Of a stretch of 64,000 bases of DNA, positions 1 through 12,170 are shown piece by piece. A program made the translations under genes and the position numbers. The notes below the pieces were generated by a model. It saw nothing but the letters and a program-made list of their open reading frames with translations, was not told the DNA's origin and searched no databases. How positions within the stretch are numbered: the first letter of the stretch is position 1; each line of letters starts with the position of its first letter. Origin of the DNA: Eledone cirrhosa. Taxonomy: Eukaryota. Location of the stretch: contig OZ024740.1 in NCBI GenBank assembly GCA_964016885.1, forward strand, positions 52,018,001 through 52,082,000, given 5' to 3'.

Positions 1-270
1 TGTCCTCCTGTGAGCCAATGATGTATCCCTCACATTTCTGGAGCAGAAATGACAAGGGGTTTAATGACAAGATGAATAATATCACTGAGAGACTGTCCCC
101 CTGAAATATACCCCTGCAATATTTTATTTTATCAATGAAAATAGAGTCCTCCCTCTCTGTCTTTAACCTTAGGATAGTAGCCCAAGAAGAAGACAGCCTC
201 TTCATGGCCCTGACAATAATGGCTGGGACTTTAGCAAGTTGGAGGGCTTCTATCATCCAAGAGTGGGGAA
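1..270 (-). mobile_element. R4/Dong-like non-LTR retrotransposon RT fragment
   Basis: Minus-strand translation PHSWMIEALQLAKVP...RGIFQGDSLSVILFILSLNPLSFLL (RT domains 3-4); abuts a (TATG)n tract. Confidence 0.8.
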
Positions 271-283
271 AATGTATGTATGT

Positions 284-658
284 AATTCTAGGAGAAGGAA
301 AACTCTGATATAACACCTGCAACCCTGATGGTATCCAATCATGTTGACTTATTCTTCTTTTTGGTAAATTTCATCTTGGTTAAGAGAGTTGGACTGGCTT
401 TGTGCAATGCCTTTGCTCACTATAAAAGCTTCACGGCACAGGCATTACTTTATATCTGGAGATCTCTCTGCACTTGTCGTCACATGGTACCATGGGCCCA
501 GCACTATGTGTCAGTAATTGTCACAAGTGTAGTGTTTGTACCAGAGTTTTCAAGTCGCTAGCTGGACTAAAAAGTCACACTCGTTCAGCGCATCGGTAGG
601 GGTTCTCCTACATGGATATAAAGTAGTGGCCGTACTCGAAAACGAGTTGGCAGCCACC

Positions 659-689
<31 letters not shown>

Positions 690-755
690 TGTATGTATGT
701 ATGTATGTATGTATGTATGTATGTATGTATGTATGTATGTATGTATGTATGTATG
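284..755 (+). mobile_element. RTE-derived bipartite non-autonomous element, 5'-truncated, with (TATG)n tail
   Basis: Motif ctaggagaaggaaaactctga typical of RTE 5' UTRs; 3' part encodes C2H2-like [22 protein letters not shown]; closely similar copies at 1647-2120, 33209-33356 and 41107-41871. Confidence 0.75.
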
Positions 756-883
756 CATGCATGCATGCATGTATAAATATGTATATATATATGTATGTGT
801 ATGTATATGTAAATGTATATGCCTTTTGCATACACACACACATATATATATACGTATATATATATGTGTGTGTGTATGCAAAA

Positions 884-933
<50 letters not shown>

Positions 934-1020
934 TTTCTTAAAATAACAGATTAAAGTTTAAGCAAAGAATCGCTGCTTTCACCCTTAACGGGATCTTCTG
1001 AAATATATATATATATATAT

Positions 1021-1158
1021 AACGAAGGAAGTGTGGTAAGGAAGCAGGTGGACCATAACGCACCAGAGTACTCGATACTCTGGGTAGCAGAGTGGGTAAT
1101 AGGAAAAGGTTCAGGACCCCGACGGCAGAGCTCGATTCGTCGGGGTCCTGAACCTTTT

Positions 1159-1163
<5 letters not shown>
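1021..1163. repeat. (TA)n-embedded short repeat family F with terminal fold-back hairpin
   Basis: aacgaaggaagtgtggtaagg...gagtactc recurs near 21490, 25540, 25830, 51090, 56079, 58185 and 60735; hairpin arms at about 1099-1125 and 1139-1163. Confidence 0.8.
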
Positions 1164-1199
<36 letters not shown>

Positions 1200-1592
1200 A
1201 CGGCGGGTAAAATTCCCGAGATCCATGGACGAGTTCTCTCCAGCGGTCTCTGTCCCTCATTATCGCTGCCATGTCCTGCGTCTCCAAGAGACCAGTGTCT
1301 GTCCTTAGAGCATCAATATCTGTTAGCCTCGTTCTTCCTCTTCCAGTGTGTCCATGCAGGGGCTCCTACAGGAGCATTGAATGTAGTGTCAACTCTGGAT
1401 GTCGGTGAGCATGTCCAGCTAACCTCAGTCTCCTCTGTGTCACTTTTGAGCTGACTTTTGGGAGGCTCCCGTACGGCTCTGAGTTTTTCACCCTCAGTGT
1501 ATACTGATTAATGTTCAGATCCATCCTTAGCATTCTCGTGTAGCACCCATCCACCATCTGAGTGAGTTTCTTGGTCAGTGTCCAAGTCTCAA
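1200..1592 (-). mobile_element. RTE-clade LINE 3' fragment
   Basis: ETWTLTKKLTQMVDGCYTRMLRM...RRLRLAGHAHRH...GRGR, typical RTE C-terminus. Confidence 0.8.
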
Positions 1593-1646
1593 ACATGCAT
1601 ACATACATGCATACATACATGCATACATACATACATACATGCATAC

Positions 1647-2120
1647 ATGGTGGCTGCGAACTCGTTTTCGAGTACGGCCACTACTTTATATCCATGTAGG
1701 AGAACCCCTACCGATGCGCTGAACGAGTGTGACTTTTTAGTCCAGCCAGCGACTTGAAAACTCTGGTACAAACACTACACTTGTGACAATTATTGACACA
1801 TAGTGCTGGGCCCATGGTACCATGTGACGACAAGTGCAAAGAGATCTCCAGATATAAAGCAATGCCTGTGCCGTGAAGCTTTTATAGTGAGCAAAGGCAC
1901 TGCACAAAGCCAGTCCTACTCTCTTAACCAAGATGATATTTACCAAAAAGAAGAATAAGTCAACATCATTGGATACCATCAGGGTTGCAGGTGTTACATC
2001 AGAGTTTTCCTTCTCCTAGAATTCTGCCTTGACAAAGGCTAAGGGGTCATCTCTCCCGGTGATTTTGGATGGCCATTGACTCTTAAGAGCTACTTTGCCC
2101 TTTGACAGGTTTTGTTTTTA
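1647..2120 (-). mobile_element. RTE-derived bipartite element copy
   Basis: Reverse complement of 284-660, with additional 5' sequence; flanked by (CATA)n. Confidence 0.8.
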
Positions 2121-2157
2121 TACATACATACATAAATACATACATACATGCATACAT

Positions 2158-2720
2158 ATGATAGGGGACAGGGAGAAGAAAGCATGCACACTAGTGGAAA
2201 TTAGCTGCCCAGCAGATGCCAATATAATATCAAAGATTAGTGAAAAGGAGAATATTTATGCAGAACTGATGAGAAATCTGCAGATACTCCACCCTGATTA
2301 CACCTTCAGATTTATGCCTGTGATTATTGGGGCACTGGGATATGTTAGTAACTGCCTCAATACAAATCTTGAGAAGCTAGGCTTCACAGGAACAGAAAGA
2401 ATACAACTAGTTAGGAAATTACAAGTACAATCTATTAATGGAACAGTAAAAATATGTAAAACATTCCAAAAATTTTGCATCTAATAACTGCATATACACA
2501 TGTACAGATACAAAGCATATACACATGCACACATACAACTCAAAACATACACATCCACACATACAATAACATCCATATCTACACATGCATGCATATATAT
2601 CTACCTAGTTGATGTTGTGTAAATTCCAATGAGAGAATCTTGTGTCTATGTTAGAAACCGACTCTCTTTCTATTGGGAAAACTTTGTGAAATTATAAAAC
2701 CAGAAGAACATAAATACATA
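2158..2720 (+). mobile_element. R4/Dong-like LINE 3' end (restriction-like endonuclease C-terminus plus 3' UTR)
   Basis: KACTLVEISCPAD...EKENIYAEL...MPVIIGALG; 3' end gtgaaattataaaaccagaagaacata also found at ~47050; flanked by (CATA)n. Confidence 0.8.
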
Positions 2721-2899
2721 TGGCGATCACCTCATCGTTGCAGATTTGCACTGTCTGCAGCATATGTGACAGACAAAAGATTGATTGGGTCAGTTTGTGG
2801 GATGTCATCATTATGTACAGTTTTAAGACCAGAAATTGATTTGCCGATTTTTCTGTCCACCACAGATGTTGTCTCACCTACTATAGGAGAGATAGTGCT

Positions 2900-3290
2900 G
2901 CACACAGCTGGTATTTCATGTGATTTTAGATGTGTGATGTACTCAGATTTAGAGAGCTTTAGACGACAACACAATTCACATCTCCTGCTCCTTCTGTTCT
3001 TATTGAGGTTCATACTGTGACCTATCCGAAGCTGACGTTTAAGTCGCTCATGATCGAGACGTCTCTCTTCAAATACTCTGCAGCTTTCCTTCACATATCC
3101 TCTTTGAAGCTAGCACTTCCCAGTTCTGAACTTCAATCTGTAGATCCCTAATGTTGTTTTTATGCAGCCTTTATACCTTTTCTTGGTTTGTGCTGCGGGC
3201 GTTTCCCGGTGCGCAATTGGCTGTAAAATTGTTTTGGGAGTCTATCATCATTCATGTGTACAACATAACCCGCCCAACACATTTGAGAGG
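2900..3290 (-). mobile_element. Degraded RTE LINE 3' fragment
   Basis: FEERRLDHERLKRQLR...CELCCRLKLSKSEYITHLKSH (terminal C2H2-like finger). Confidence 0.6.
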
Positions 3291-3422
3291 ATGTGATAGC
3301 AGATTCAAAGCTTGTGCAACTAGCATGTATAAGGATTTGTGTGTCAGGTATTCTTTGTTGCCATTTGATGTTGAGGATTCATCTAAAACATACATACAAA
3401 CGCACACACGCGTGCGCATACA

Positions 3423-3509
<87 letters not shown>

Positions 3510-4384
3510 GTATATATATATATTGTTATTTCGACGTTTCTCTAACGTTTCTATAATCACAAATCGATTTATTGTCCTGCTTTATAATCGAAGAAAAACT
3601 ATACGATAGAACATTATTTATTTAATTTATTGTATGAAACATCGAAGACAAACGTTACTGAATCTGAGATGTGGTTAGTAAGAGAAGACTAAGTGATATC
3701 AACAATGTCAAACAGAAAACGATATAATATCAAGGTAGAAAACTAATGATGTTATTTCAAAAGATATAAGAAAAAAAAATCAATAATATCCTTCATATCT
3801 AACTTTACAAATGGTATCATGTTTATAGAGGAAAGACTTTCTCTTGCAGAGGTTGTTGATATAAAAAAGTTACGGCAGTAAGGAAACCAGCTTACAAACA
3901 GGGAGGATTATTGAAGTGGTTGTAATTGGAAAAAGATGAATAGGAATTTGTATAATATAAATACACGTATTAGATTAACGAAACTTGTAACAATAACAAC
4001 AATAATAATGATGAGTGGAGAAAAAGCAGCCTTGATTGTAATTAAAACAGCAACATAGTTATGATATCAATATAAAACACAAGATATATGGACGAACTAA
4101 GTGTTGTCAACATAATTATGATGAAAACATAATACATAAAGACGATATATGTTTTACAAATATATCAAAGGGATTTACTGAATAAACCCCTAGGTGATTG
4201 CTTGACCTGCTGGAAATAGCAGCCAAAACATCCTTATAAAAGTGATGCATTGGATAATGGGATCTAAGGTTCATCTGTAGGTCAGCTCATTCAGTACTGA
4301 CCTGTGGTTAAACAACAACAACAACGATGACCACTACTACTACTATTACTACTACTGCTGCTGCTGTTGCTGCTCCTGCTGCTG

Positions 4385-4447
<63 letters not shown>

Positions 4448-4481
4448 TTACCACCACCACCACTACTACTACTAAAACAAC

Positions 4482-4695
4482 ATTTTTGCTAAGATGTTAG
4501 CGAAAAGGTTGGCCCTTGTCGTCAGTAGTTTGACTGGGGAGGCGCAGTCACACATAACCCCAAACAGTTCCATCTACGACAATCTCTACTTTATGCGATA
4601 TATCGCAGAGAGGGTGAGTAAGGAACCTTGACATGGGTAGAGCCCTGATCAACTTAGACCAATTGAAAGTTTTGGATAAGGCCGACCATCACTAT
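4482..4695 (+). mobile_element. L1/Tx1 RT fragment
   Basis: Diverged homolog of ~16995-17205 (AKMLAKRL...SIYDNLYFMRYI...LINLDQ). Confidence 0.7.
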
Positions 4696-4959
4696 AAGGC
4701 AGAGAAAAGGCTCTATCTCGTTAGTATGTAATGATTATCTGTGAAGGTTTGCTGGATTTGATCTTGATAAGGTTGAGAATGTTTGTGAATACACCAAAAG
4801 AACTGTATTCTATATATGAGCAATAGTCTAATGAGTATATCTGTTGTACACAGTGTTATATACATGACCACTGTGTGTATATCATATGTACAACATTACT
4901 TATATGAGTAGTAAATTAATGTATGTATACCGGATGTGGTGTTAGTTATAAGCAGTAGT

Positions 4960-5116
4960 GAGGGCGGTGGATTGGCAGAATCGGTAGAATGTCGGACGCC
5001 ATGCTTTGCAGCATAGAATTACGCCCCTTTACGGTCTGAGTTCAAATCCAGCCGAGGTTAACTTTGCCTTTCATCTTTACTGGGATAATTGTTGGCCTTG
5101 TGCCAAAAGTAGAAAC
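4960..5116 (+). mobile_element. tRNA-derived SINE family A with 16-bp TSD
   Basis: A-box tggcagaatcgg, B-box gagttcaaatcc, central gcctttcatc (Meta-domain-like); TSD agttataagcagtagt at 4944-4959 and 5117-5132. Confidence 0.85.
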
Positions 5117-5370
5117 AGTTATAAGCAGTAGTCTAATGTGTGTATACCAGGTACGTGGTATAAAGTATTTATACCACGTATAAATACTTGGTATAAAGTA
5201 TTCTAATATCCTGGAGGGGAGATGGGCTCCACCAGGTTTAAAGAAATGCTCGAGAAACGTCGTATGTCGATACGGCGCCCCTACAACGCCCCCTGGAGTT
5301 AAAGGGCCATACATACATTCTAATATAGGACACTACTTTGAAATGATTTAGATATCAAAATCTTCCTTAC

Positions 5371-5451
5371 CGTTCTTTGTCTTGAAAGTTCGTCATTGGG
5401 AATGATCTTTTGGCTGAAATACCTCGGCACTGTGGTGCATATATATACTTC
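5371..5451 (-). CDS. elevenin: Elevenin/L11-type precursor, second coding exon (rest of mature peptide plus KR site)
   Basis: Acceptor cctttacag, 81-nt phase-2/phase-2 exon reading (R)KYIYAPQCRGISAKRSFPMTNFQDKE(R), donor gtaag at 5370-5366. Joined to the upstream exon it gives IDC-x8-CRGISA-KR, the elevenin signature (cf. Aplysia L11 IDCTRFVFAPACRGVSA). Confidence 0.9.
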
Positions 5452-5781
5452 CTGTAAAGGAAAGATACAACAAAGATAAAACTAGGACAATAGAATAATA
5501 TAGACAATGTGGATTATATAATCACAACACCACAAATTTGGGAGCAGGTATATATATATAGTAAATAAAATCGTACCTCGGTACTTGTCTTGCATTATTT
5601 TAACTTTGCAGCACAAAGTTACGACCCTTTACGGTCCGAGTTCAAAGATGGATCAAGTCTACCCCACTAATTAGATAAATTCTATGCGCTACTCTTTCGA
5701 TTACCTCCCATAGGTATATTGATTTCTAGCTTTGCAACAAATTCACATATTTTGTGGAGTTCATTTGTTGTAATCGATTCT

Positions 5782-6190
5782 GTCGGGTCGCTCTCCAGCA
5801 CTGCTGGTAACATGTAACCCAGTACAACCTGTCACGGGATGAAACAAAAATCCCGTTGAAGGGCGGACGAAAAGCCAACTGCTATCCAGTAGTGTGTAAA
5901 AAGAAACTTTGTTGGTGGTTTATCTAGGAGAACGATCAATCTGATTTCAAAATCGAGGAGAATGGAACTCATTAATGACCTTGTTTCAAGCGGCCAACGG
6001 CCTCATCCTTGTGATGGTGGATGAGCTACGGTTCGATAGCCAGCTTCCAAGTAATGATCCGACGTGGATTCGAGACCCACCGACGTCAGGTTTTTCCCGA
6101 TGTAAATCATGAACATACAGCATCAAATAGATTTCCAGTCTGCAACTCTCAGCAATGAGAATGGGAAGAGTGAAGACCAATCGCTCCGAT
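5782..6190 (+). mobile_element. RTE-related 5'-UTR-derived element
   Basis: Contains ctaggagaa...tctgatttcaaa; its start shares gtaacatgtawcccagtacaacctgtc with the 5' end of the 41107-41715 element. Confidence 0.55.
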
Positions 6191-7052
6191 TATATCACAA
6201 CTGGAAAAGTCTACCTCGATTTGAACTAAAAATCTACTTAACTAAGTAGTTACAAAACTAAATAGCCCACATAAATCAACACAGCACTCTACTGCTTTTG
6301 TGCGAGTAAACTACGATTTCCCAGCTCAAAGAACGGAACTGGAATAAGGAAGATGGAGGAAGAGGACACTATATTGACTAACACTTCGATCCATTTTTCC
6401 TGAATTAAAACAAACACAGAAAAAAATTTGTATGAAAGAAATAAAACCTAATACTAAATATAACTATATATTATAAACTATAATGCGGAAGGAAAAACGT
6501 TTTAGTGTAGAAATTTAATTTTTAGTTTATTTTTTATTCATTATTTGATTAAACTCAATAATAAAAAAAAATCTAGAGCAGATTATAAAAATATAACTTG
6601 CTGTTAATTAATACGAAAGTTCCTTCCAAATGAAAGCAAAAAAAAAAACAAAAAATAATATATATATATAAAATTGAAAACGAAAGCAAAAGAAAAAAAC
6701 AGGAAAAACAGTTTCGCCTTTAGCACTGATTAAACGAATATCTGTCGTTTAATGAAACAATGTTAGGCGTGTACAGTGGTTAACAAACATACATGTTTAA
6801 TAGAAGACGTTGATAAGGATGGAACAGCAATTTCATTGTATGAGTGAAGCGACAAGTGGTTGTATTTAATATACGTAAAACAAAAATCTTAAACAGAATG
6901 AGTTTCATTAGAATGCAATAAATCCACTGAGGAGATCTTCAACAAAACACTTAGCAGTTTTGTATTTCATTAGCAACAATTCAATATGTATAGCTTCAGG
7001 AATTTATAAAATAAAATAAAAATAAAATTCAATTTCTTGTTGCATGCCTTGT

Positions 7053-7138
<86 letters not shown>

Positions 7139-7332
7139 GCGCGCGCACACGCACGCACACTGAGTATTTGGCCGCTACAGGAGTTTAAATAAATACATAA
7201 TATATAAATTTATTATGTTAAGGTGTTATGTTTGTTTTCGAACTCCATATATATTTTATTTCTAAAATATATTGTTTCAAAACAGAGTCACATGAAGAAA
7301 TTAACGAGAGAGAAAGATAAATGCAGAGAGAG

Positions 7333-7408
<76 letters not shown>

Positions 7409-7499
7409 TGGTAAAGAATAAAGTGTCATTAATCTTCCTCTTTAAAAAAATATAAGGACTTTATGCTGAGAGGAAAAGTTAAATTAGAAATGGAATTGA

Positions 7500-8025
7500 T
7501 CTCCACTGGTTTCAATGATGAGTTCTCTAGATGTCCGACCACTGGAACAGTCTACTCATGAATTTAATATGAATGTGGTCGAATATTCCACAAACACGTG
7601 TACCCTTAACGTAATTCGCATGGAGATTCACCGTGACACAGTGCGTCATAAAGTCTAGCCGTAGCCTACTCGATAGGTTTCACACCTATCAACACTCCCC
7701 GTCCGACGGGGAGATCTCTCACCCACCCCAAAGTTGTTGAGAGATGTCTTCTCTTGTGAAAATGGGTATAGCTTTCATTATGTAAAATCTCCCCATTTTG
7801 CCTAGATCCTCCCCGTTTTGGGGTACTTTTTTCATGGTACTCCTCATTTGGGCTTTTGGAGGTTGGCAGGTCTGGGTTTTCAAACCCATCCTATCTACCC
7901 AAGTTCGCTGAAAAGTTTTTGGTCGACCTTAGGCTATGATAAATAACACTTGCCCAAAATGCCAAGCCGTAAGATTGAACCCGAGCAAATGATTGCAAAG
8001 CGAACTTCTTAACCATTCAACCACG
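7500..8025 (-). mobile_element. tRNA-derived SINE family C, interrupted by a MITE
   Basis: Minus-strand head cgtggttgaatggttaag...gggttcaatc...ttgggcaagtgtt; body homologous to 49640-49900. Confidence 0.6.
7681..7874. mobile_element. 194-bp MITE-like insertion with 5-bp TSD
   Basis: Imperfect TIRs cacacctatcaac / gttggcaggtctg; ggttt at 7676-7680 and 7875-7879; the SINE homolog near 49800 lacks the insert. Confidence 0.55.
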
Positions 8026-8078
8026 TTGCGTCCACACAAACGCAAATATTTATTAACTACGTACACTAATGTGCTGTA

Positions 8079-8245
8079 AGGCGGCGGATTGGCAGAGTAA
8101 TTAGAACGTCGGATGAGATGCCTTGCGGTACTTGTTCCAGTTCTCTGCGTTCTCTGAGATCAAATCCTGCCGAGGTCAGTTTTGCCTTTAATCGTTTAAC
8201 AAGTGTGAAACAAGTGCCAGTTCAGAATCGGGGTCGATTCTTCCT
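8079..8245 (+). mobile_element. SINE family A (diverged)
   Basis: ggcggcggattggcagag...gagatcaaatcctgccgaggtcagttttgcctt. Confidence 0.7.
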
Positions 8246-9211
8246 CTATATTTCTTCCTCAATTTCTCTATATCCATCTCTGGAAGAAATCAGTTGTGAT
8301 CTGATATAGAGAGTGGATAGGCTCAGCCGGGGTTAAAGTGCTAAAGATACCGTATGCCAAGACGGCACTCTTACGTGTCAATACATTTATATGTTGTACA
8401 TCCTACTGCAATGGTGTGTTACATATAAAAATGTATACGTACACTGCTACGCTCTACATATAAATATGCATATTGGTGTGTACTAACAACAGCTGTGTAT
8501 ATTTCGTCTGTCAGATTAAAGGATTCTTCTGTAAAGTTCTAAAAAGGGGAACATGTTGTAAGTCAGGTCTTTGGGCAGATTTAATCTCTTTTAAGGGATT
8601 TTGAAAAAAAAAAAAAATCATTTCGATTCTAAAAAGGAGTGCCCCAATCGGTTGACACTTTAAATATACTGTGTCCCGGTGAAATAACAGTGCTTATAAC
8701 AACTATTTACTTTGTGAAATATACCCTCAATTGCTGTCGGACGGAATTGATACAGACAGTCAATATTTTATTTCTTATATTAGTATCTGTTCATTTCAAG
8801 TGGAAATAAGAAATGAAAGAAAAATGAATTCACAGACATTTCTGTTTGTTGTTAATCAACGGAATTTTAACGTTCAATTTTAGACAGGAATTAGATCCAG
8901 GTTTTTTGGTGGTCCATATGATCTATTACTAGAAAATCGAGATAAACATTAAAAAGAATATACGTTTTAATCAGTTTTTTTTTCGTTTCCTCACAGTTAG
9001 CGATCTTATTATCTGGTAATTTGACCAAACCCGATGTTTTTTATTTTATTTATTAGCATTTGATATCATCAAGTAATGTAAACAGTAGACATACTAACAG
9101 TCTGGCTGCAAACCCCTTGCCTCCAAATTCTCCAAAGATTCACTGACATAATCATGCAGCAATAAGCCATATAACTACACATATATACTTGTAGTGAGTG
9201 ACGGATAGGTA

Positions 9212-9410
9212 AATGGGTCAGCTGAAAAGTTCAAAGGCTGACCAAGATACTCTCATGGAATGACCAAATGAAGTTTATTTCTTCAACATAGTTCCTGGAA
9301 AGAAACAATGCAGTTATTAATAAGAAGAGTTGAAATGAATGCATGCAAGATTTCTCAGCTCTAGCATTACTCCTTCATAGTCAGCCTATGAACGTTTCAG
9401 CCGACCCTCG
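9212..9410. mobile_element. Mariner-type MITE
   Basis: ~30-bp TIRs gggtcagctgaaaagttcaaaggctgac / gtcagcctatgaacgtttcagccgaccctcg with TA flanks. Confidence 0.7.
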
Positions 9411-9775
9411 TAAAAGTCAGTATGACAATTGAGATGTAATAAAGAAATAGCGTAATCAGTAGTGAGACTTTAAGTATGACTTCCTCGTTAATCAATAAAA
9501 CTATAATTGTGGTTTTTCATGGTTTTATATACTATAAATCTACCCTAACATGATGCCGCAGAAGAGAAAGCGGAACTCCTTTGATGTGATAGTCAAACTG
9601 AAAATAATTGAATATGTCAAGAAAATTCAAGAGCTGCTGAACGAGCGTTTTGCACAACAGGAAATTGATGGTGAGAGACTAGAAATCTATGGAAGATAAG
9701 TTCAGCGATGCTCCATCACACTTTGGGAACTAATGGGTTGGGTTTAGAACTTCGTTCCAATGGCTATATTTCTCA

Positions 9776-9811
<36 letters not shown>

Positions 9812-9812
<1 letters not shown>

Positions 9813-11400
9813 CAGGAATCCCTCGCATTACAGGAGCGGTGCATTTTTGAAAATCTTGCCGTAACGCGAAACTAATCCCCCTGATTTTCACGTTATAAAA
9901 TGAAATAGGTTCTGATGAATTAAAAAAATAACAAGGAACACAACCACTTTTATGTATGAAAATAAAAGTTTCTAAAGATGCCCAGTACAATATGCATACA
10001 TAAAAATGTTTGATGGGAAATACATTGGGGAGTAGATATGAATCGTAATATCGTTATAGGATGTTTCACTACAAAAGGTGTTGATTTCTGTGTGTGGGGA
10101 AGTGGTGGAAAGAGATTTACTGGAACGATGAGGAACAATATTTTCTATCCTATAGTTCATCATCAATATCTGGTTTTGATGGAAAGAACATATCCAAATT
10201 TGTTTGACATTTAAGGCCCATCATCTGATTGTAAAACTCGATGTAGGGACTAAGCTCATTTTGAAGACCTTTTGTAATTTTTATATTACGATAACGATTA
10301 CGATCGTTGTAAGCCAAAAAAAAAAAAAGACAAAAAACCTTGCACTTGTAGACCTTCCATTATAAATGCCAAACATTTAGTAATATATTTTGCAGTCAGT
10401 TTAAGTTGAGGTGGTGGAAATGTATATTATCAGCTGGCTCTTGTTCTAACAATATCAACTCTTCGTTAGATAATCTTTCTCTATATAAAACTAGCAATTT
10501 AACCACATTCGTCAAACCTTACATCTTTTGCGAGTGTTACAAATTGTACTGAATTTGATGTAAACTTTCTGCTTGTAGTCACGGATATATTTGATTATAC
10601 TTAAAGTCATGGATATATTTTGGTCATATATTTTCCCAAGCACCATTGATAGTTTAGGGTTTAACTTCATTCCATGACTCAGCTATGTAATCAGTAGCCG
10701 CATTTTCTCCCAGATGTGGAACTTTTAAATCCTTGATTTTTCTTTGAATTTTCTTCTCGAAATAAAAGTTAAAGTTATAGCAAGCATACCCACAGAAAAG
10801 TGCAGTTTCATCAACACACTTGCTTGTGTGCAACCCTTTTCAGTAATCATTTTCTTCGACTGCTTAAGATAATTAGCAGCAGCGTGTGTATCTGCACTGG
10901 CAGCTTTAAAGTAATTTTAAGCACTTCTTAAACTTTTCAAACCAGCCTTTCCTAACCAGAAAAGCTTTTTCGTTAATAAAAATTTTACTTCCCCTTTTCT
11001 GCAAATCATCATAAAACTTTCAGCTTTTTAAAATATTACCATCGTGGTTTATCCACACATGACGTTGAGTTTGATTGTCGATTCATACACTGAAAAGATG
11101 TTCCATTTTTAAGCATCACTCTAGACGTATGAAAAGATAATGACCGAGCAGTTAACGGTGTAACTTCTTCAACACTAGACTCAGTTTCCCCTTTATTGTA
11201 GCGTATGGTTCCCACGTTATATGCTGCAAGCTTTAACGTCTTAACAATGTAGCCGATGTTTTTTACGCATAAACATTTTAAAACATCGAATTTAACATTC
11301 AGTTTAATCCCTTTCCGGTTCCTTTTCCCACCACCGCCTTTAATTCTACTTGATTGCTTCTTTATAGATATCTTAACTTGCTGATAAATCCATCAGAGCA
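9812..11400 (-). mobile_element. Degraded pogo/Tigger DNA transposon
   Basis: TA-caggaatccctcgcattac Tigger-like terminus; minus-strand remnants KRNRKGIKLNVKFDV, AASADTHAA and DETALF. Confidence 0.5.
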
Positions 11401-12170
11401 GCGTCGACGACAAACAATTATTCACTAGAAATATAGAGTTTAAAAAATGGCACCCAAAAGGACTGTTTTGTGAGAGCAAAAATTGTTATCTTATTCCCAT
11501 GGATGTAAAAATGGAAATGAAGAGATAAAAGGGTGAAGGGCTTTAAGTGAGGGGAAGTATTGAACAAATAGTTGCAAGGTTATCAAGTTAATTGACACTT
11601 TCTCTCCTGTGGTTTAGTCTCAAGTCTATATTCGTTGACCAGACATAAGATCAAAGACATTGCACTCTACCTTTAAAATACATTAGGGTATTGCATATCT
11701 CATGTCGTCTTTTATTTTACAGTAGAGTTGCTTATCTTGTCCTTAATATTGTTGCTGTTGTTGTTAGTCATTAAGAAGTTACCGGGTTGGTAATGTCGGT
11801 GGTTGTATTGATTTTAGTGTTGGTATTAGATAACGGTGGTGGTGAAGGTTGAATTATATATATATATATTTATATAATGAAGATTTTCTGTCCTATGGCT
11901 GAGCTATTACATTTCGACAGCATATGAGTAAGTTGCTGTCGAAACAGTAAAAGCTCAACTGTAAGGCAGAACATCTTCATAATACCTACTGCCGAGTACT
12001 CAACTGAGTAATGGTCTTACTAGTCTAAACTAGTAACTCCCATCTATTATACATACATACATTCATACATACTTACATACATACATACATTCATACATAC
12101 ATAATACATTCATACATACATACATTCATACATACATACATACATACATACATACATACATACATACATT

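Noticed and set aside
536-946. ORFs rich in YIYI, MYVC, HTHT or LSLS throughout the ORF track
   Set aside because: They are translations of (TA)n, (TATG)n, (CA)n and (CT)n microsatellites.
960-1000. Hammerhead-like cagaaga-uccc...gggu-GAAA-gcagc on the minus strand (also at 60413-60445)
   Set aside because: Core U4 is altered, there is no UH, and no convincing stem I.
3755-3845. Possible terminal elevenin exon (ESLSSINMIPFVKLDMKDIIDFFSYIF*)
   Set aside because: Weak AAG acceptor and no homology evidence.
4963-5053. tRNA gene
   Set aside because: The A/B boxes belong to a multi-copy SINE head; no cloverleaf could be drawn.
6290-6401. Possible minus-strand exon after ttttaattcag
   Set aside because: Hits a stop after six codons in the elevenin phase; no recognisable product in other frames.
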